From a virus: DNA of 64,000 bases. Of the stretch, positions 39,599-49,886 are shown one piece after another. Positions within the stretch are counted from its first letter, which is position 1, and every line of letters begins with the position of its first letter. A program made the position numbers and the translations under genes. The notes below the pieces were generated by a model, which saw only the letters and a program-made list of their open reading frames with translations, was not told the DNA's origin and ran no database searches. Location of the stretch: positions 1 to 64,000 of IMG/VR virus record IMGVR_UViG_3300008952_000006; one strand, written 5' to 3'.

Positions 39599-40378
39599 AT
39601 GAAGTTATACCACGGGACCACTGAAAAAATTGCTCGCCTAGCCCTGATTGAGGGGCTTAGGCCTAGAGAAGAAACCGGCAGCAAAGGCAATTGGGAGCAC
39701 TCGATTGATTCAGCACTAAACCGCGTCTACTTGTCAGCGGCCTACGCGGGATACTTTGCTTATTGTGCTGCGGGTGTAGATGAGAAGTGGGGTATTGTTG
39801 AAGTAGACACAGAGCTACTCGAGCCTGACAAGTTCTACCCAGATGAGGACTTTATGGAGCAGGCCAGTAGAGCACAGGAAGTGCCAAAGTGGGTAGAGGA
39901 AGACCCCGATGATCCCATGGGAGACCCTTATGAGGAACTTCGTGCAGCAAATGCATTACCAGACAAAGATAGAATGAAAGCTCGGACAGAGTATTTCAGG
40001 AACAACATCTGGTTTTACGCGCACCTTTGGCGCGATAGTGTGGAGCACCTTGGTAACTGCTGTTATTTAGGGGAGATCCCACCAGAAGCTATCACGCGAG
40101 TGTCTGTCTTCGACCCAACGTCGAACATGGGAATCCAGATGTCCGTGGACCCCAGTATTACGCTGCTGAACTACAGAGTTTGCCAAAACAAATACAAGGC
40201 GATAACCCGTTGGTTAGCTGGTTACGAAGACGTAACTGTAGATGACATAACGATGCTCTTTGCTGGCGAAGACGAAAGGGTCGAAGAGGCCAGGGAATAC
40301 TGGCGAACTGAGGTCATCCCTAATCGATCCGGGTTAGAGGTTATCAGGGGCCCTGGAGATAAAAATGAAAGTTACTGA
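39599..40378 (+). CDS. ADP-ribosyltransferase/Tpt1-like fold protein
   Basis: LYHGT...EGLRP...VYLS...A..FA...IVEVD...GEIPPEAI. Confidence 0.6.
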   Translation: MKLYHGTTEKIARLALIEGLRPREETGSKGNWEHSIDSALNRVYLSAAYAGYFAYCAAGVDEKWGIVEVDTELLEPDKFYPDEDFMEQASRAQEVPKWVEEDPDDPMGDPYEELRAANALPDKDRMKARTEYFRNNIWFYAHLWRDSVEHLGNCCYLGEIPPEAITRVSVFDPTSNMGIQMSVDPSITLLNYRVCQNKYKAITRWLAGYEDVTVDDITMLFAGEDERVEEAREYWRTEVIPNRSGLEVIRGPGDKNESY

Positions 40379-40541
40379 AGTCCAAGCAGCCGTACTTAAG
40401 AAAGCCAAGCAGGGCAAGATCACCCACCCAAGACGATCTCTAGAACTCTTAGAGAAGAAGGGTCTGGTTGAGGGAAACAAACGCAACGGTTGGACCATCA
40501 CCTATAAAGGGTGTGTATGGCTGAACAGGGGCGCGAAGTAG
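40365..40541 (+). CDS. small winged-helix-like protein (58 aa, absent from the ORF track)
   Basis: LELLEKKGLVE...WTITYKG; GGAG RBS. Confidence 0.5.
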   Translation: MKVTEVQAAVLKKAKQGKITHPRRSLELLEKKGLVEGNKRNGWTITYKGCVWLNRGAK

Positions 40542-40548
40542 GGTATTT

Positions 40549-40576
40549 ATGGGGGGCCTTTGCCCCCCTATTTTTA
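40549..40576 (+). terminator. intrinsic terminator
   Basis: GGGGGGC-CTTT-GCCCCCC plus T tract. Confidence 0.75.
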
Positions 40577-40903
40577 CCTACAGCCTACGAAAATCAGAAA
40601 AGTCTGAGGCCCTAGAAAAAATCGCTCGTGACGTAAAATAGGCAAGAGTAAAGGTGATAACCAGTGCTGCTTGCGCTGCTACATAAGCCTTTGCTTGAAT
40701 TCGATCTAACTTACTATTCCTCTGGCGCATCTACCCCCCATTCCAGGGCGGTCATCTCTGCGGGTATATACTCAATAGAAATGATAGGCCCCATCTTTAC
40801 GGTAGCAATTGGCTTAACCGCAGCTGGCTTTTTATTAGCCGTACAACAAAAAAGGGCAGCTACGCCCAACATCGTAAAAAACTTCCAAAACATTATCGTT
40901 CCT

Positions 40904-42379
40904 CTATTTAACTGGTCCGTGTATTACCGCAACTAGCCCTTTTTCTTTGTCATGTAAATAGACTGGTAGCGCTTTTGGTGCACCAACATAACCGCGCACT
41001 GCGTGCCATCTATCAGGGCCAGAAAGACTCGATAACTGTCTGCGAGTCACCCCGTAGGAAACATCAGTCTCTGTCTTCTCGTAATGGAGGTGTCCTGTGT
41101 AAATTGTCTTATGTTCAACCGACCAATGCTCCTTAGCCTCGTTAGCCATAAGGCCTGCTAAGTCCTTGGTCTTGCCAACACCATCACCGTGCACGAAACC
41201 GATTAGGTTCTCACCATATTGGCAGTAGACTCTGGGGGTCCGCGTCCTGTTTACGGTAACGTCTATAGACGTCCTGTAGTAAGCATCCAAGTACAGAAGG
41301 AGCAGTAAACCGGAGTGCCTGTCATGGTTGCCCGACATCAAAACTAGCTCCACAGGGGCTACCTGCCGAAGCCTGTTGACCCAGTCAACCATCAACTCGC
41401 AACCAGAAGCCATGATCTCTGCGGGAGTCCCATCCATGTCTTGCACGGTCCCCCTTGTTGTAGTGCCCAGCTGGTTGTCTATCTGGAAGAAGTCGCTGCC
41501 TACGGGGACGTATATCTTCTCGGGGGCCCCAAAGTGGGCAACGCGTGAAAGAACGTCCTCGGTACAGGAAAACAGCCTCTCCCTAGCAATCTCGCGGTTG
41601 AACGCCTCCCAGTTCTCCCCGGCATCTGAGTACTTACCCCAGTGAAAATCACTCAGGCCAACCACAGCCACGTAGGGGTGGCGGGAGGCTTTTAAGTCTA
41701 ATCTGTCTGGGGCGGACGGTGGCGTGTCACCAACCAGAGAAAGAAACTCCCTTAAGACTGTGTCATCAAAGTTTCTCCACAGCCCCGCCTCCTTCTTGAT
41801 CTCCTTCCACTTATCGCTCTCTATCCTCCGGTAAATGGCGGCCCGTCTAATCTGTAGGGCCTCTTGTGCTAGGTCGTCCTCCGACCTGGACATGATCTCC
41901 TCTGTCGTGAAGGGCTCTTTATCATGCGTAATACCGTGGATGCGCAGGTACTTGACTATCAAGTTCCTAGGTAGCTTGAAGGTCCGAGCTAACTCATTGA
42001 TTGTGGACGGGTGCCCGTCATAGTTACTGTACGCCCTGCATAGCTCCCTGTGAACGGATCCGGGAACCTCCAAGGCATGCGTCTCCCCAGGTATAAACGT
42101 AGTGTAAGAGTCTGCGTCAGGATCGTACCAAACACGCTTATCACTTAAAAAAGAGCCGAGGTCTTCTTCTGTTTCCTCGGCCTGCTGCTCATCAGCAGCC
42201 CCCTCCTGGGACACTATCCACTTCCCCCAGGCGACCAGCTCCTCATAGGAAAAACCGAATTCCTCACCGTATCGCCTATGCAGCCGACGCCAATCACGGC
42301 TTTTTAACTGCTTTAGGAGCCTGTCCCCGTGCGAGCCTCTTAGGCTCTTCCATTTTTCGTTAATGGGTTTCTCTTTCAA
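40904..42379 (-). CDS. phage calcineurin-like phosphoesterase with N-terminal HTH
   Basis: SDFHWG, GSDFF, SGNHD, HGD, TGHLH; STINELARTFKL HTH. Confidence 0.8.
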   Translation of the reverse strand: MKEKPINEKWKSLRGSHGDRLLKQLKSRDWRRLHRRYGEEFGFSYEELVAWGKWIVSQEGAADEQQAEETEEDLGSFLSDKRVWYDPDADSYTTFIPGETHALEVPGSVHRELCRAYSNYDGHPSTINELARTFKLPRNLIVKYLRIHGITHDKEPFTTEEIMSRSEDDLAQEALQIRRAAIYRRIESDKWKEIKKEAGLWRNFDDTVLREFLSLVGDTPPSAPDRLDLKASRHPYVAVVGLSDFHWGKYSDAGENWEAFNREIARERLFSCTEDVLSRVAHFGAPEKIYVPVGSDFFQIDNQLGTTTRGTVQDMDGTPAEIMASGCELMVDWVNRLRQVAPVELVLMSGNHDRHSGLLLLLYLDAYYRTSIDVTVNRTRTPRVYCQYGENLIGFVHGDGVGKTKDLAGLMANEAKEHWSVEHKTIYTGHLHYEKTETDVSYGVTRRQLSSLSGPDRWHAVRGYVGAPKALPVYLHDKEKGLVAVIHGPVK

Positions 42380-42463
42380 GCGGGCCTCCGTGAGTAAGCT
42401 ATCTGTCAGAGACTATTAGCAGTCTCGGCATAAAAATTACTGTTGGAACAGCACCACGCCTCA

Positions 42464-42749
42464 TCAGATTGATATTATACATAATAAAAAGAAAGGATCC
42501 ACCGTGCAGGCGGAGCCTGCGTGAGAGCATCGTCGCAGTGTGGTAATAAATCTAACAACCACGGAAAACATCTGAATAATCACCAGCACCCCATAATCGG
42601 TTAATTTGCTAGCGCCTCAAAATAGGCGATGGGCCATTGCCCGCAGTTACTACGAGCTAATGAGAAAGTGACAAAGTCAATTCCACCTGTATTGTACCCT
42701 TCATGCGTGGTTAGGTCGAAGACCTTAGCAAATACAGGCTAGTGGTGAT
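42464..42749 (+). ncRNA. putative structured ncRNA (~285 nt)
   Basis: Nested helices ATCACCA/TGGTGAT, CCTGTATT/AATACAGG, AGGTC/GACCT, CGCCT/AGGCG, GCAGG/CCTGC, CCGTG/CACGG. Confidence 0.45.
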
Positions 42750-42878
42750 ACAAAGTTCGAACGAAAAAGCAAAACACCACATTACCAAAAATAACACTCC
42801 CAAAAAAATTCAAGGCAGTGTAGTGTTGTCACCTGAAAATATAAGGACGGCCCTAATTGACTTATACCAGTCAGATGT

Positions 42879-42906
42879 ACAAAACTGTGGGATTGCAAGG
42901 TATAAG
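42879..42906 (+). promoter_or_regulatory. promoter motif variant upstream of nrdJ
   Basis: ACAAAA-N14-GGTATAAG. Confidence 0.55.
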
Positions 42907-43039
42907 ACTTCTGAAGAAATTTATCTTTACCCGATTCCATAATCTGTCCAAAAAGGGTAAGATACTTTAACCATAAAACCAGTACAATTTTATACGTAAA
43001 CCGACGACATTACGGCTATTTACCAAGGAGGCCTTGCTA

Positions 43040-45034
43040 ATGATACTAAGCCAAGTTTCTTCCACAGAAGAACGAAAAGTGAACAATTTCTCTCTGAGCA
43101 GTGCTTTCTTAGAGGACTATATAGGAACCCAGCCTGAATGGGGTCCCCTGGGCTATTTTACCTTCAAGCGTACTTACGCTAGGCCCAAAGAAGATGGCAC
43201 GACAGAGGAGTGGTGGGAGACTTGTCAGCGTGTAGTAGAAGGAATCTATAACATACAGAAGATACACTGCAAATCCCTACGATTGCCGTGGGATAATCGA
43301 AAAGCCCGAATCTCCTCCCAAGAGATGTTTCAGAGAATGTGGGAGTTCAAGTGGCTCCCTCCCGGTCGTGGCTTGTGGGCCATGGGCACTGAAATGATCT
43401 TTGAGAAAGGGGGCGCAGCGCTAAATAACTGTGCTTTCGTCTCTACCCAGAACATAGATGTAGACTTTGCGGCCCCCTTCACGTTCCTTATGGATATGTC
43501 AATGCTAGGGGTGGGTGTTGGTGGAGACACTCGAGGCGCGGGGAAGCTAAAAATCCAGGTCCCACGCATGAGTGAGAGGGAGTACGTAGTTGAGGACAGT
43601 CGAGAAGGTTGGGTAGACCTGATACGGGTTGTGCTCAACAGCTTTGTGGGCAAAGGGTATTACCCGCCAGAGCCCGACTACTCGCAAGTCAGAAAGCGGG
43701 GGGCGCTGATCAATGGATTTGGTGGTGTAGCCTCTGGGCCGCAGCCTCTCATTGATCTAGTCAAAAGTCTGACCGAGCTTCTCATGCCTGAAGACGGTGA
43801 GCCATACAAAATAACATCAGCTGTCATCGTAGATATCTTTAACCTTGTGGGCAAATGCGTTGTCGCAGGGGGTATCCGCAGGACAGCCGAAATTATGTTC
43901 GGAGACCCAGAAGACCAGGAATTCGTTACATTAAAGCAAAACGAAGAGAAGCTAAAAAGTCATAGATGGGCGTCTAATAATAGTGTGTTTGGCACAATCG
44001 GTATGGACTATACCGAAGTGGCAAAAAGCATCGCTAAGAATGGCGAGCCTGGAGTGATATGGCTCGATAATATGCAGCACTATCGACGAATGAATGGGGA
44101 GCGCAGTCGTTACGATATGAGAGTTATGGGCAGTAATCCATGCTCTGAGCAGTCTCTAGAGTCTTTTGAGCTGTGTTGCTTGGTAGAAACCTTCCCAGCG
44201 CACCACGAGTCCTTTGAGGACTACATGCGAACACTTAAGTTTGCATACCTATACGCCAAAACTGTAACGCTCATCCCGACCCATGACACGCGAACCAACG
44301 CAGTTATGATGAGGAACAGGCGTATTGGGTGTTCCCAATCGGGGATCATTCAAGCCATGCAAAAGCTTGGTCGGAGAGAATACCTCCGGTGGTCTGATGA
44401 AGGATATACCTACATCAGGGAGCTAGACAGGATCTATAGCGAATGGTTGTGTGTACCACGATCAATCAAAGTAACCTCTGTCAAACCAAGCGGAACGGTT
44501 AGTCTGTTATGTGGGGCAACACCGGGCATCCACTACCCACACTCAGAGTATTACATAAGAAATATTCGAGTAGCCAACACGTCCCCTCTTGTAAGTGCGG
44601 CGAAAGAGGCAGGGTATCCGGTGGAAGATGATACGTATGCCGAAGACACCTCTGTTGTTAGCTTTCCTGTACGGGAGAGGCATTTCATCAAAGGTAAGGC
44701 TGATGCCTCAATCTGGGAACAGTTTGCTAACGCAGCAGACCTCCAAAAGTACTGGGCAGATAATCAGGTCAGCGTAACTGTGTCTTTCCAAAACGGGGAG
44801 CACAGGGACATAAAGACTTGCCTCGAAGTATATGAGACAAGGCTGAAGTCCGTGTCTCTACTGCCGCTTCTGGACACGGACCACGGATATGTACAGGCAC
44901 CCTATATAAAGATCACTAAAGAAGAGTATGAGGAGCTTTCCACCGGCCTGTCTCCGATAAACTTTGAGTCCGCCGTGCACGAAGTCACTGATAAATTTTG
45001 TGACGGAGATAAGTGTGAGATAAAAATTAACTAG
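43040..45034 (+). CDS. nrdJ: class II (adenosylcobalamin-dependent, monomeric RTPR-type) ribonucleotide reductase
   Basis: PPGRGLW, NNCAF, GG.RRTAEI, NPCSEQ, CCLVE, VKPSGTVS, C-terminal FCDGDKC. Confidence 0.95.
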   Translation: MILSQVSSTEERKVNNFSLSSAFLEDYIGTQPEWGPLGYFTFKRTYARPKEDGTTEEWWETCQRVVEGIYNIQKIHCKSLRLPWDNRKARISSQEMFQRMWEFKWLPPGRGLWAMGTEMIFEKGGAALNNCAFVSTQNIDVDFAAPFTFLMDMSMLGVGVGGDTRGAGKLKIQVPRMSEREYVVEDSREGWVDLIRVVLNSFVGKGYYPPEPDYSQVRKRGALINGFGGVASGPQPLIDLVKSLTELLMPEDGEPYKITSAVIVDIFNLVGKCVVAGGIRRTAEIMFGDPEDQEFVTLKQNEEKLKSHRWASNNSVFGTIGMDYTEVAKSIAKNGEPGVIWLDNMQHYRRMNGERSRYDMRVMGSNPCSEQSLESFELCCLVETFPAHHESFEDYMRTLKFAYLYAKTVTLIPTHDTRTNAVMMRNRRIGCSQSGIIQAMQKLGRREYLRWSDEGYTYIRELDRIYSEWLCVPRSIKVTSVKPSGTVSLLCGATPGIHYPHSEYYIRNIRVANTSPLVSAAKEAGYPVEDDTYAEDTSVVSFPVRERHFIKGKADASIWEQFANAADLQKYWADNQVSVTVSFQNGEHRDIKTCLEVYETRLKSVSLLPLLDTDHGYVQAPYIKITKEEYEELSTGLSPINFESAVHEVTDKFCDGDKCEIKIN

Positions 45035-45084
45035 CCACGAACTCCCCCTGTCACGCGGCAGGGGGAGTCTGTGTGGCTAATTTT
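45032..45084. terminator. hairpin between convergent genes
   Basis: TAGCCAC..ACTCCCCCTG/CAGGGGGAGT..GTGGCTA. Confidence 0.7.
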
Positions 45085-45085
45085 A

Positions 45086-45595
45086 TTAGGCTTGACGCTC
45101 TAGTTCTGCGTCGATCTCTTCTATAGCAGTGTTGATGGCCGACCAAACCTCATCGGAAACACAGTCACCTGGAGAATGATCCCAGGCAGCGTCACTAACA
45201 GCCGAACGTGCGTATTCGCTAGCGCAACGCTCAGCCGCATCTTGGGCCGCCTCGATAGCACTACTAAAGTAACTTTCAACAGTGCTGTTTACGCTTCCGC
45301 ACTCCTCCTGCGCCGCCTGCAGACTCTCACGCAGGCTTTCAAGAACGCTTCGGGACGGAGGGGGACCCGCTGAGGACCCCGCTCGGGGGCGTGGTTGGTG
45401 GATGTTTCCGTTGGTGATGTTCCGCTCGAAAGCAGAAAACACCGCATGTAGGTCCAGAGGCTGCCCATCCAGGGTCAGGCCTAGGTTAAGTCTTTCTAAA
45501 TTATATTTTGCAATACCTTCAGGGTTCGCCATAACAGCGCAGGAAAGAAATTTCCCGAACATCGACTCCCCGATAACAGTTAAATTGTAACTCAT
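45086..45595 (-). CDS. hypothetical coiled-coil protein
   Basis: AAGGA RBS before MSYNL; minus-strand GGTATAAG upstream. Confidence 0.55.
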   Translation of the reverse strand: MSYNLTVIGESMFGKFLSCAVMANPEGIAKYNLERLNLGLTLDGQPLDLHAVFSAFERNITNGNIHQPRPRAGSSAGPPPSRSVLESLRESLQAAQEECGSVNSTVESYFSSAIEAAQDAAERCASEYARSAVSDAAWDHSPGDCVSDEVWSAINTAIEEIDAELERQA

Positions 45596-45889
45596 AAGTG
45601 TGTCCTTACGGTAGAAAATGTAGGTCAAAGGTCTAATACGGGTAGATTACCCGGACAACAAAAAGCTTATACCAACAAATGTGTTTTTATTACGCAGTAA
45701 GCTAGGACAATCTTGTAAGATATACAGAAGTCGTAAAGTGCCGTTTATAACTAGGTTATTCTAAAGTCTACCTGTACTGCTCTGTATACAGCTATTGCGC
45801 ACAATGGCCCAAGGGCCGGGGGTCTACGACATGTGGGGTGAGTAGAGATAAGATTGTAGGTATGAAGAAACACACACGGAGGACAAACT

Positions 45890-46255
45890 ATGAAATCTGA
45901 TGGTGACGGGGCAATCATAATCCAGTTCCCACCAAGCCGAGGAAAATCGGCTAAGAAACCCCCCAAAGGAAAAATACAGCTAACGCAAGAGGGTGCGCAC
46001 GCCTTGATGGTCGCCATGTCGGCAATAAACATGGCTGCAAGGTACAAGGGAGAATTCGATGAAAACTGCAAGCAAAGCCTGGATGCAGGGAACTTTCCCT
46101 GTGGAGAGAACTGTGGGTGTTACTTCCACATGCTATCCTCTATGGCACTTGAAGTGGCCTTTGAGGGCCCAAGAAAGGACGAAGCAAAGGACGCGCTCAG
46201 GCAGGAGTATTCCACGCTGAGCCGTGAGGGGCCAAAGAAGAAAGATGACCTGTAA
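45890..46255 (+). CDS. hypothetical protein
   Basis: GGAGG RBS; Cys cluster. Confidence 0.6.
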   Translation: MKSDGDGAIIIQFPPSRGKSAKKPPKGKIQLTQEGAHALMVAMSAINMAARYKGEFDENCKQSLDAGNFPCGENCGCYFHMLSSMALEVAFEGPRKDEAKDALRQEYSTLSREGPKKKDDL

Positions 46256-46281
46256 TGAGTTAAGAGGTATTCTTGTGGCGT

Positions 46282-46309
46282 GCAAAATAAACAAGTACAC
46301 AGGTATAAG
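46282..46309 (+). promoter_or_regulatory. recurrent phage promoter motif
   Basis: GCAAAA-N14-GGTATAAG. Confidence 0.7.
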
Positions 46310-47183
46310 AGCGACGAAATAACGCAAACTGTCAATTAGGTCTTTAATGATATCAGGAAGGAAGTCAGATGAAGGAAGACATAAACAAGATACTAGAAAT
46401 TTTAGAGCAAACAATGCCCGAAGTGGTTGAGATGATACGAAGTCTCGATAACCACGAAGAAACTGTTATAAAACTAGCAGAAGAGTTCAAAAAGCTCCAC
46501 GCGGAGTACCCTATGTTGTCAGCGCTTCTGGTTGACTCATTCGATATTGTGAGGGCGCACGAAGCAAAAATAGAGATACTAAAAGACCTGTTGTTGTCTA
46601 TCACGCAGGGAGGAGCGCAGCCAAAGAAGGAGTCCCCTGAGGACAAGTATTGGATCAATTAGTTATAATTAGGTATAACAGGTAAGCTATTATTAGCCTG
46701 CCGTGATGGCCCTCATAGTCGATCACACCTACTTACAATCCCCGCCTATATTATTATTGATAATAATCGGTGAAAGACACCAAGGAGAATATTATGAAAA
46801 CGGGAAAGACCAATGTTTATTGAAGTTCAAAGAAACACTGGTAAGGCTGCTTACCATACGAAAGCAGACACCAGCGAATGCGATGAAAAATGGTGGTACA
46901 AAACAACTCGCATAAGATCTGCTGCAATTGTGCGCGTCGAAGAGATTGGCCCCTGGGAGGGGCACCTAGATCCTGAGAATGGGCCCAAGTGCACCATATT
47001 CCTCATGACCGGGCAGGCGGTAGACGCCAAAGAGACTAGTGATGACGTATTGAGGCTTATTTACAAGTCTGAAAAGTCTGATAATACTAGCTATTCGGTG
47101 ACTCTGGAAGGTGCGGGGTTTAGTACAACCACTCAGTCTGGGCGGTGACGCCATGCCTACAAATATAAACCAAGGGACAGAAC

Positions 47184-47648
47184 ATGATCTGTATTGACCT
47201 AAGCCGCCTCTATTTCGCGATACGTGAATTAAACGTAACGGTGAACTACGAGAAGCTAATAACTGTCCTTCTGGGAGAAAACAAAGCCCAGAAAATAGAG
47301 GCGTTCACAAAGGCGGACCCAAAGAATGCTAACCAAAGTAAGTTCCTGAAAAGGTTAGAGGACTTGGGGTTTAACCTTCACGTCTACGATGTAGCCAAGC
47401 AGAGTGGATCATTCTCTGCGGAGATCTCTGCATTGGCGGCTCTCGCTAAGGGAGAGAAGGTAACCATCCTGTCAAACGATCAGGCCCTCCTGGGAGTATT
47501 CAGTCTTCTGAAGGAGAGAGGCGTGGATCTGACCCTGTGCTTTTTTAGCGAAAAGCTTGAAAAGGGATGGACCCCAAAGATACTCTGCGGAGACGTAGAA
47601 TTTATAGACTTATCAAATCCGGAAATCCGGAAATCCATCACAAACTAG
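47184..47648 (+). CDS. NYN/LabA-like PIN-fold protein, apparently degenerate
   Basis: ICIDLSRLY...NYEKL...ILSNDQAL...LKERGV pattern. Confidence 0.55.
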   Translation: MICIDLSRLYFAIRELNVTVNYEKLITVLLGENKAQKIEAFTKADPKNANQSKFLKRLEDLGFNLHVYDVAKQSGSFSAEISALAALAKGEKVTILSNDQALLGVFSLLKERGVDLTLCFFSEKLEKGWTPKILCGDVEFIDLSNPEIRKSITN

Positions 47649-47657
47649 GAGAATAGC

Positions 47658-48131
47658 TTGGGAGATGAAGCCTTATCTCAAATAGAGTTAAATTTTATAT
47701 CCATGATCCCAGTGCTCGATAAAGGTATCGAGAATGTTTCGAAAGAACATATCAAACAGGACGGGCTGAAAAGCGATATACAGCTTCGGTTTGAAGCTTT
47801 CCATAGACTAAACCCGCACGTGCTCGATGCCGTTATAGATCTAGCCCAGAGGACGAAGAAGGCAGGAAGAACTCGAGGGTCTATTAGTCAGATCTTTGAG
47901 GTGCTGCGGTACAGCTACGCACTCAGAACAGCGGGCGATGATTATAAGCTCGCAAACGCGCATAGAGCATTCTACGCACGGCTTGTCATGTCAGTTGTGC
48001 CGGAACTTTCCAATGGGAAGCCGTTCTTCCTGCTGAGTAGTCAGAGAAGCCCGTATATTATCGACTGGGCGTCCCTGGAAATAGAAAACAAAGGTTGGAT
48101 TTCCTACAATTGGAAGCTGCCAGCCCAGTGA
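47658..48131 (+). CDS. conserved phage hypothetical protein
   Basis: FH..NPHV...IFEVLR...YKL.N..RAFYAR. Confidence 0.6.
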   Translation: MGDEALSQIELNFISMIPVLDKGIENVSKEHIKQDGLKSDIQLRFEAFHRLNPHVLDAVIDLAQRTKKAGRTRGSISQIFEVLRYSYALRTAGDDYKLANAHRAFYARLVMSVVPELSNGKPFFLLSSQRSPYIIDWASLEIENKGWISYNWKLPAQ

Positions 48132-48382
48132 AAACGATAGTACATGTAAACCAGCACGTCATAAAACGAAACCGCAAAAGCGGCGCTAGAGAGCCTGTAC
48201 TCACAGTAAAAACATATAAACAAAATGTTTACGGACATGAAGCCATCCTCCTCGACCAAGAAGGTCGAGAGGTGGCCAAAGTCATTTATAGGCCAGACAA
48301 ACCCCTGTCATGCGGGGCGACTGTCTGGATCGAAACACAAAATCCAGTGGACGTTATCGTCCTGGAGAACGAGGAGGAGTGA
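48128..48382 (+). CDS. conserved phage hypothetical protein
   Basis: IVHVNQHVI..N......PVLTVK...Y.PDKPLSCGA.VWIET. Confidence 0.7.
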   Translation: MKTIVHVNQHVIKRNRKSGAREPVLTVKTYKQNVYGHEAILLDQEGREVAKVIYRPDKPLSCGATVWIETQNPVDVIVLENEEE

Positions 48383-49002
48383 TGCATGCATTACACCTAA
48401 TAGCTGTCGAAGCGGACAGTCATGAGGAAGCTGAAGAAGAGGTCGATACGGCCCTGCGCCACTATGGCGACGGAGATGTTTGGGACTACTACGTGATTGG
48501 GGGTGGTTGGAAGGGCATCTTTGGTGACGAAAATAAGTATAGTTTATGCTTTTCAGAAGACCCAGAGGCGTTCAGAAAAAGTATCGAGAGCACGCGGAAG
48601 TGGCAAGACAAAGACTTCAAGGAACTAGTGGATAAAATTACAGGGAGGCAAATCACAGAGACAGATGTAGGAGATACAATATTTGGGATGGCCATCACAG
48701 ACAAAAAGGGAGCCGCTGAGCGAATGTCAGAGTTCAACCGACAAACCCACGAGCTTTTCCTAGAGCTACAAACCTTTGATAGGCTACCAGATGAAAACAC
48801 GACTGATAGCTTCCAGTCGGGGTTTGGTATGGTTGGGTATTACCTTCTGCGGCTTGGGAGGATCCTGTGCGGTCGATATACGTTCGAGTCACACTTCTTT
48901 GACGCGATTGAAGGAGACCCGAGAACTCACGCTGTTTTAGAGCGATGCGAATCAGGAGATGGCGACCGCCAGTACTTGGTGGCTGTCGATCTCCACAACT
49001 AA
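48382..49002 (+). CDS. conserved phage hypothetical protein
   Basis: WDYYVIGG.W ... VDLHN terminus. Confidence 0.65.
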   Translation: MHALHLIAVEADSHEEAEEEVDTALRHYGDGDVWDYYVIGGGWKGIFGDENKYSLCFSEDPEAFRKSIESTRKWQDKDFKELVDKITGRQITETDVGDTIFGMAITDKKGAAERMSEFNRQTHELFLELQTFDRLPDENTTDSFQSGFGMVGYYLLRLGRILCGRYTFESHFFDAIEGDPRTHAVLERCESGDGDRQYLVAVDLHN

Positions 49003-49013
49003 AAGGAGACGAT

Positions 49014-49886
49014 ATGCCTAACTGGTGTACCAACAATCTAATTGTGTCTGGGGCTGCCGATGAGGTACGCCCTTTTGTAGAAAAAATAACCTCTGGGGAG
49101 GGGCTGCTATCGAGCGTTTACCCGTGCCCAGAGACTCTAAGAAAAGTTACTTCAGGTTCTGAGGACCTTATGTACGACATGTACCACGGAGAAATCCCAT
49201 CTCACATCTGGTCTTGGGGTGACGTAGCCTCCTCAGGAATAAGCCCTCTGGCCCCAGACGTACGAGAGCAGCTCATTAAACTCTTCGTGGAAACCCGTAA
49301 CTGGGAAGATCACAAGGAGAAGGCCGACCTATATAAATACAACCTAGAGACGTACGGCTTTAAGAGTTGGTACAACTGGTGTATTAATAGTTGGGGTACA
49401 AAGTGGGACGTCCACGAATATTCCGGTAGCGATATTTCTGACGACGCTTCCTATTGGGAGGTAACTTTTGACACTGCGTGGGGTCCACCCGGGGAGTGGT
49501 TAGAAAAAGTAGGTGAAGACCACCCAATGTTAAATTTCAGACTAGAATTCTCCGAGCCCGGTATGTGGTTTGCTGGATTTTTAGAGATCAGCGAAGGGAG
49601 CGTTGTGGATTCGGGCAGCGGAGAATGTGACGCGACGGATGGCCTCGGGGAGCTTCTCTTCGAGTGGTGCGAGGTCGATGTAAAATATGCTAGGGAGGCG
49701 CAAGAGGAACTAGCTCGCGAGGAACTGGCCGAGAAAGAAGCGGCGAGCGGTATGTCAGTGGCTTGTTTCTTCTGCGAGGCCCCGGTCCACAAAAGAAATG
49801 CCTTAGAGGCCAATAAATATAATGACAATGCAGGTGGGTACATATGCTACACCTGCTCACGATTGAAGCAGCACGAGGAGGTATAA
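49014..49886 (+). CDS. DUF1281/YubB ferredoxin-like protein with C-terminal Zn ribbon
   Basis: MPNWC.N, WYNWC...WGTKWD, FDTAW.PP, EPG. Confidence 0.8.
   Translation: MPNWCTNNLIVSGAADEVRPFVEKITSGEGLLSSVYPCPETLRKVTSGSEDLMYDMYHGEIPSHIWSWGDVASSGISPLAPDVREQLIKLFVETRNWEDHKEKADLYKYNLETYGFKSWYNWCINSWGTKWDVHEYSGSDISDDASYWEVTFDTAWGPPGEWLEKVGEDHPMLNFRLEFSEPGMWFAGFLEISEGSVVDSGSGECDATDGLGELLFEWCEVDVKYAREAQEELAREELAEKEAASGMSVACFFCEAPVHKRNALEANKYNDNAGGYICYTCSRLKQHEEV

Noticed and set aside
42706-42730. Pistol-ribozyme-like start CGUGGUUAGG
   Set aside because: The following complementary strand and downstream conserved elements are absent
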